Source: Myxococcota bacterium
Lineage (GTDB): Bacteria > Myxococcota_A > SURF-8
Direction: 5' to 3'
Length of the DNA: 64,000 nucleotides
Assembly (NCBI GenBank): GCA_965140415.1
Contig: OZ223209.1
Location: forward strand, 2,880,001-2,944,000
The translations under genes and the position numbers were made by a program. The stretch's first letter is position 1. Every line of letters begins with the position of its first letter. A model generated the notes under the pieces. That model had not been told where the DNA came from. It did not search any database and worked only from the letters and a program-made list of their open reading frames with translations. Below are positions 63,883 to 64,000 of the stretch, in pieces.

Positions 63883-64000
63883 ATGTCCTGTAACTCCGCA
63901 GTCAATGCACTTTTAACGGACTTATACCAGATCACTATGGCCTACGCCTATTTCAAAGCGGGACGCCATCAAGAAACCGCCACCTTCGATCTGTTTCTGC
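63883..64000 (+). CDS. pncB: Nicotinate phosphoribosyltransferase, 5' fragment
   Basis: Manual translation [39 protein letters not shown] matches the LLTDLYQ.TM...A.FDLF N-terminus; runs off the window. Confidence 0.85.
   Translation, partial: MSCNSAVNALLTDLYQITMAYAYFKAGRHQETATFDLFL

Overview
Chromosomal window from a bacterium that looks deltaproteobacterial (Myxococcota/Desulfobacterota-like). That is an inference from DUF4388, a MYXO-CTERM-like tail, Cys-rich lipoproteins and a sigma54 enhancer-binding protein (bEBP). No rRNA, tRNA, CRISPR array, transposase or integrase was recognised. Left to right: (1) a minus-strand run of bEBP, small ORF, HU, speD, pdaD, speE, speB and pgsB/capB. pgsB is cut by the window edge and absent from the ORF track. 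A near-consensus sigma54 -24/-12 promoter and three 19-bp enhancer-like repeats lie between the bEBP and the small ORF. (2) Large Cys-rich and acidic 'DGD' lipoproteins, and a TPR-TM-pseudoreceiver-DUF4388 protein. (3) A module of outer-membrane barrel, Ig-like lipoprotein and ceramidase-family lipoprotein, behind a promoter with a palindromic operator. (4) Housekeeping genes rpmE, DUF1385, prfA, prmC, murA, yjbQ, rnc, mtaB, pheT and pheS, interleaved with exported repeat proteins, one carrying a 23 x 18-bp tandem repeat. (5) A nine-gene variant of the anaerobic purine/urate catabolic cluster with no recognisable ygfK, dpaL, FAD subunit or carbamate kinase. (6) The most unusual locus: a 1253-aa fusion of an unknown domain, a 2[4Fe-4S] ferredoxin, a CmcH/NodU carbamoyltransferase and a radical SAM domain, divergent from a related stand-alone radical SAM gene. 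(7) An EEP hydrolase lipoprotein, an Ig-repeat lipoprotein and the start of pncB. All family calls come from motif recognition by eye; no database searches were run.
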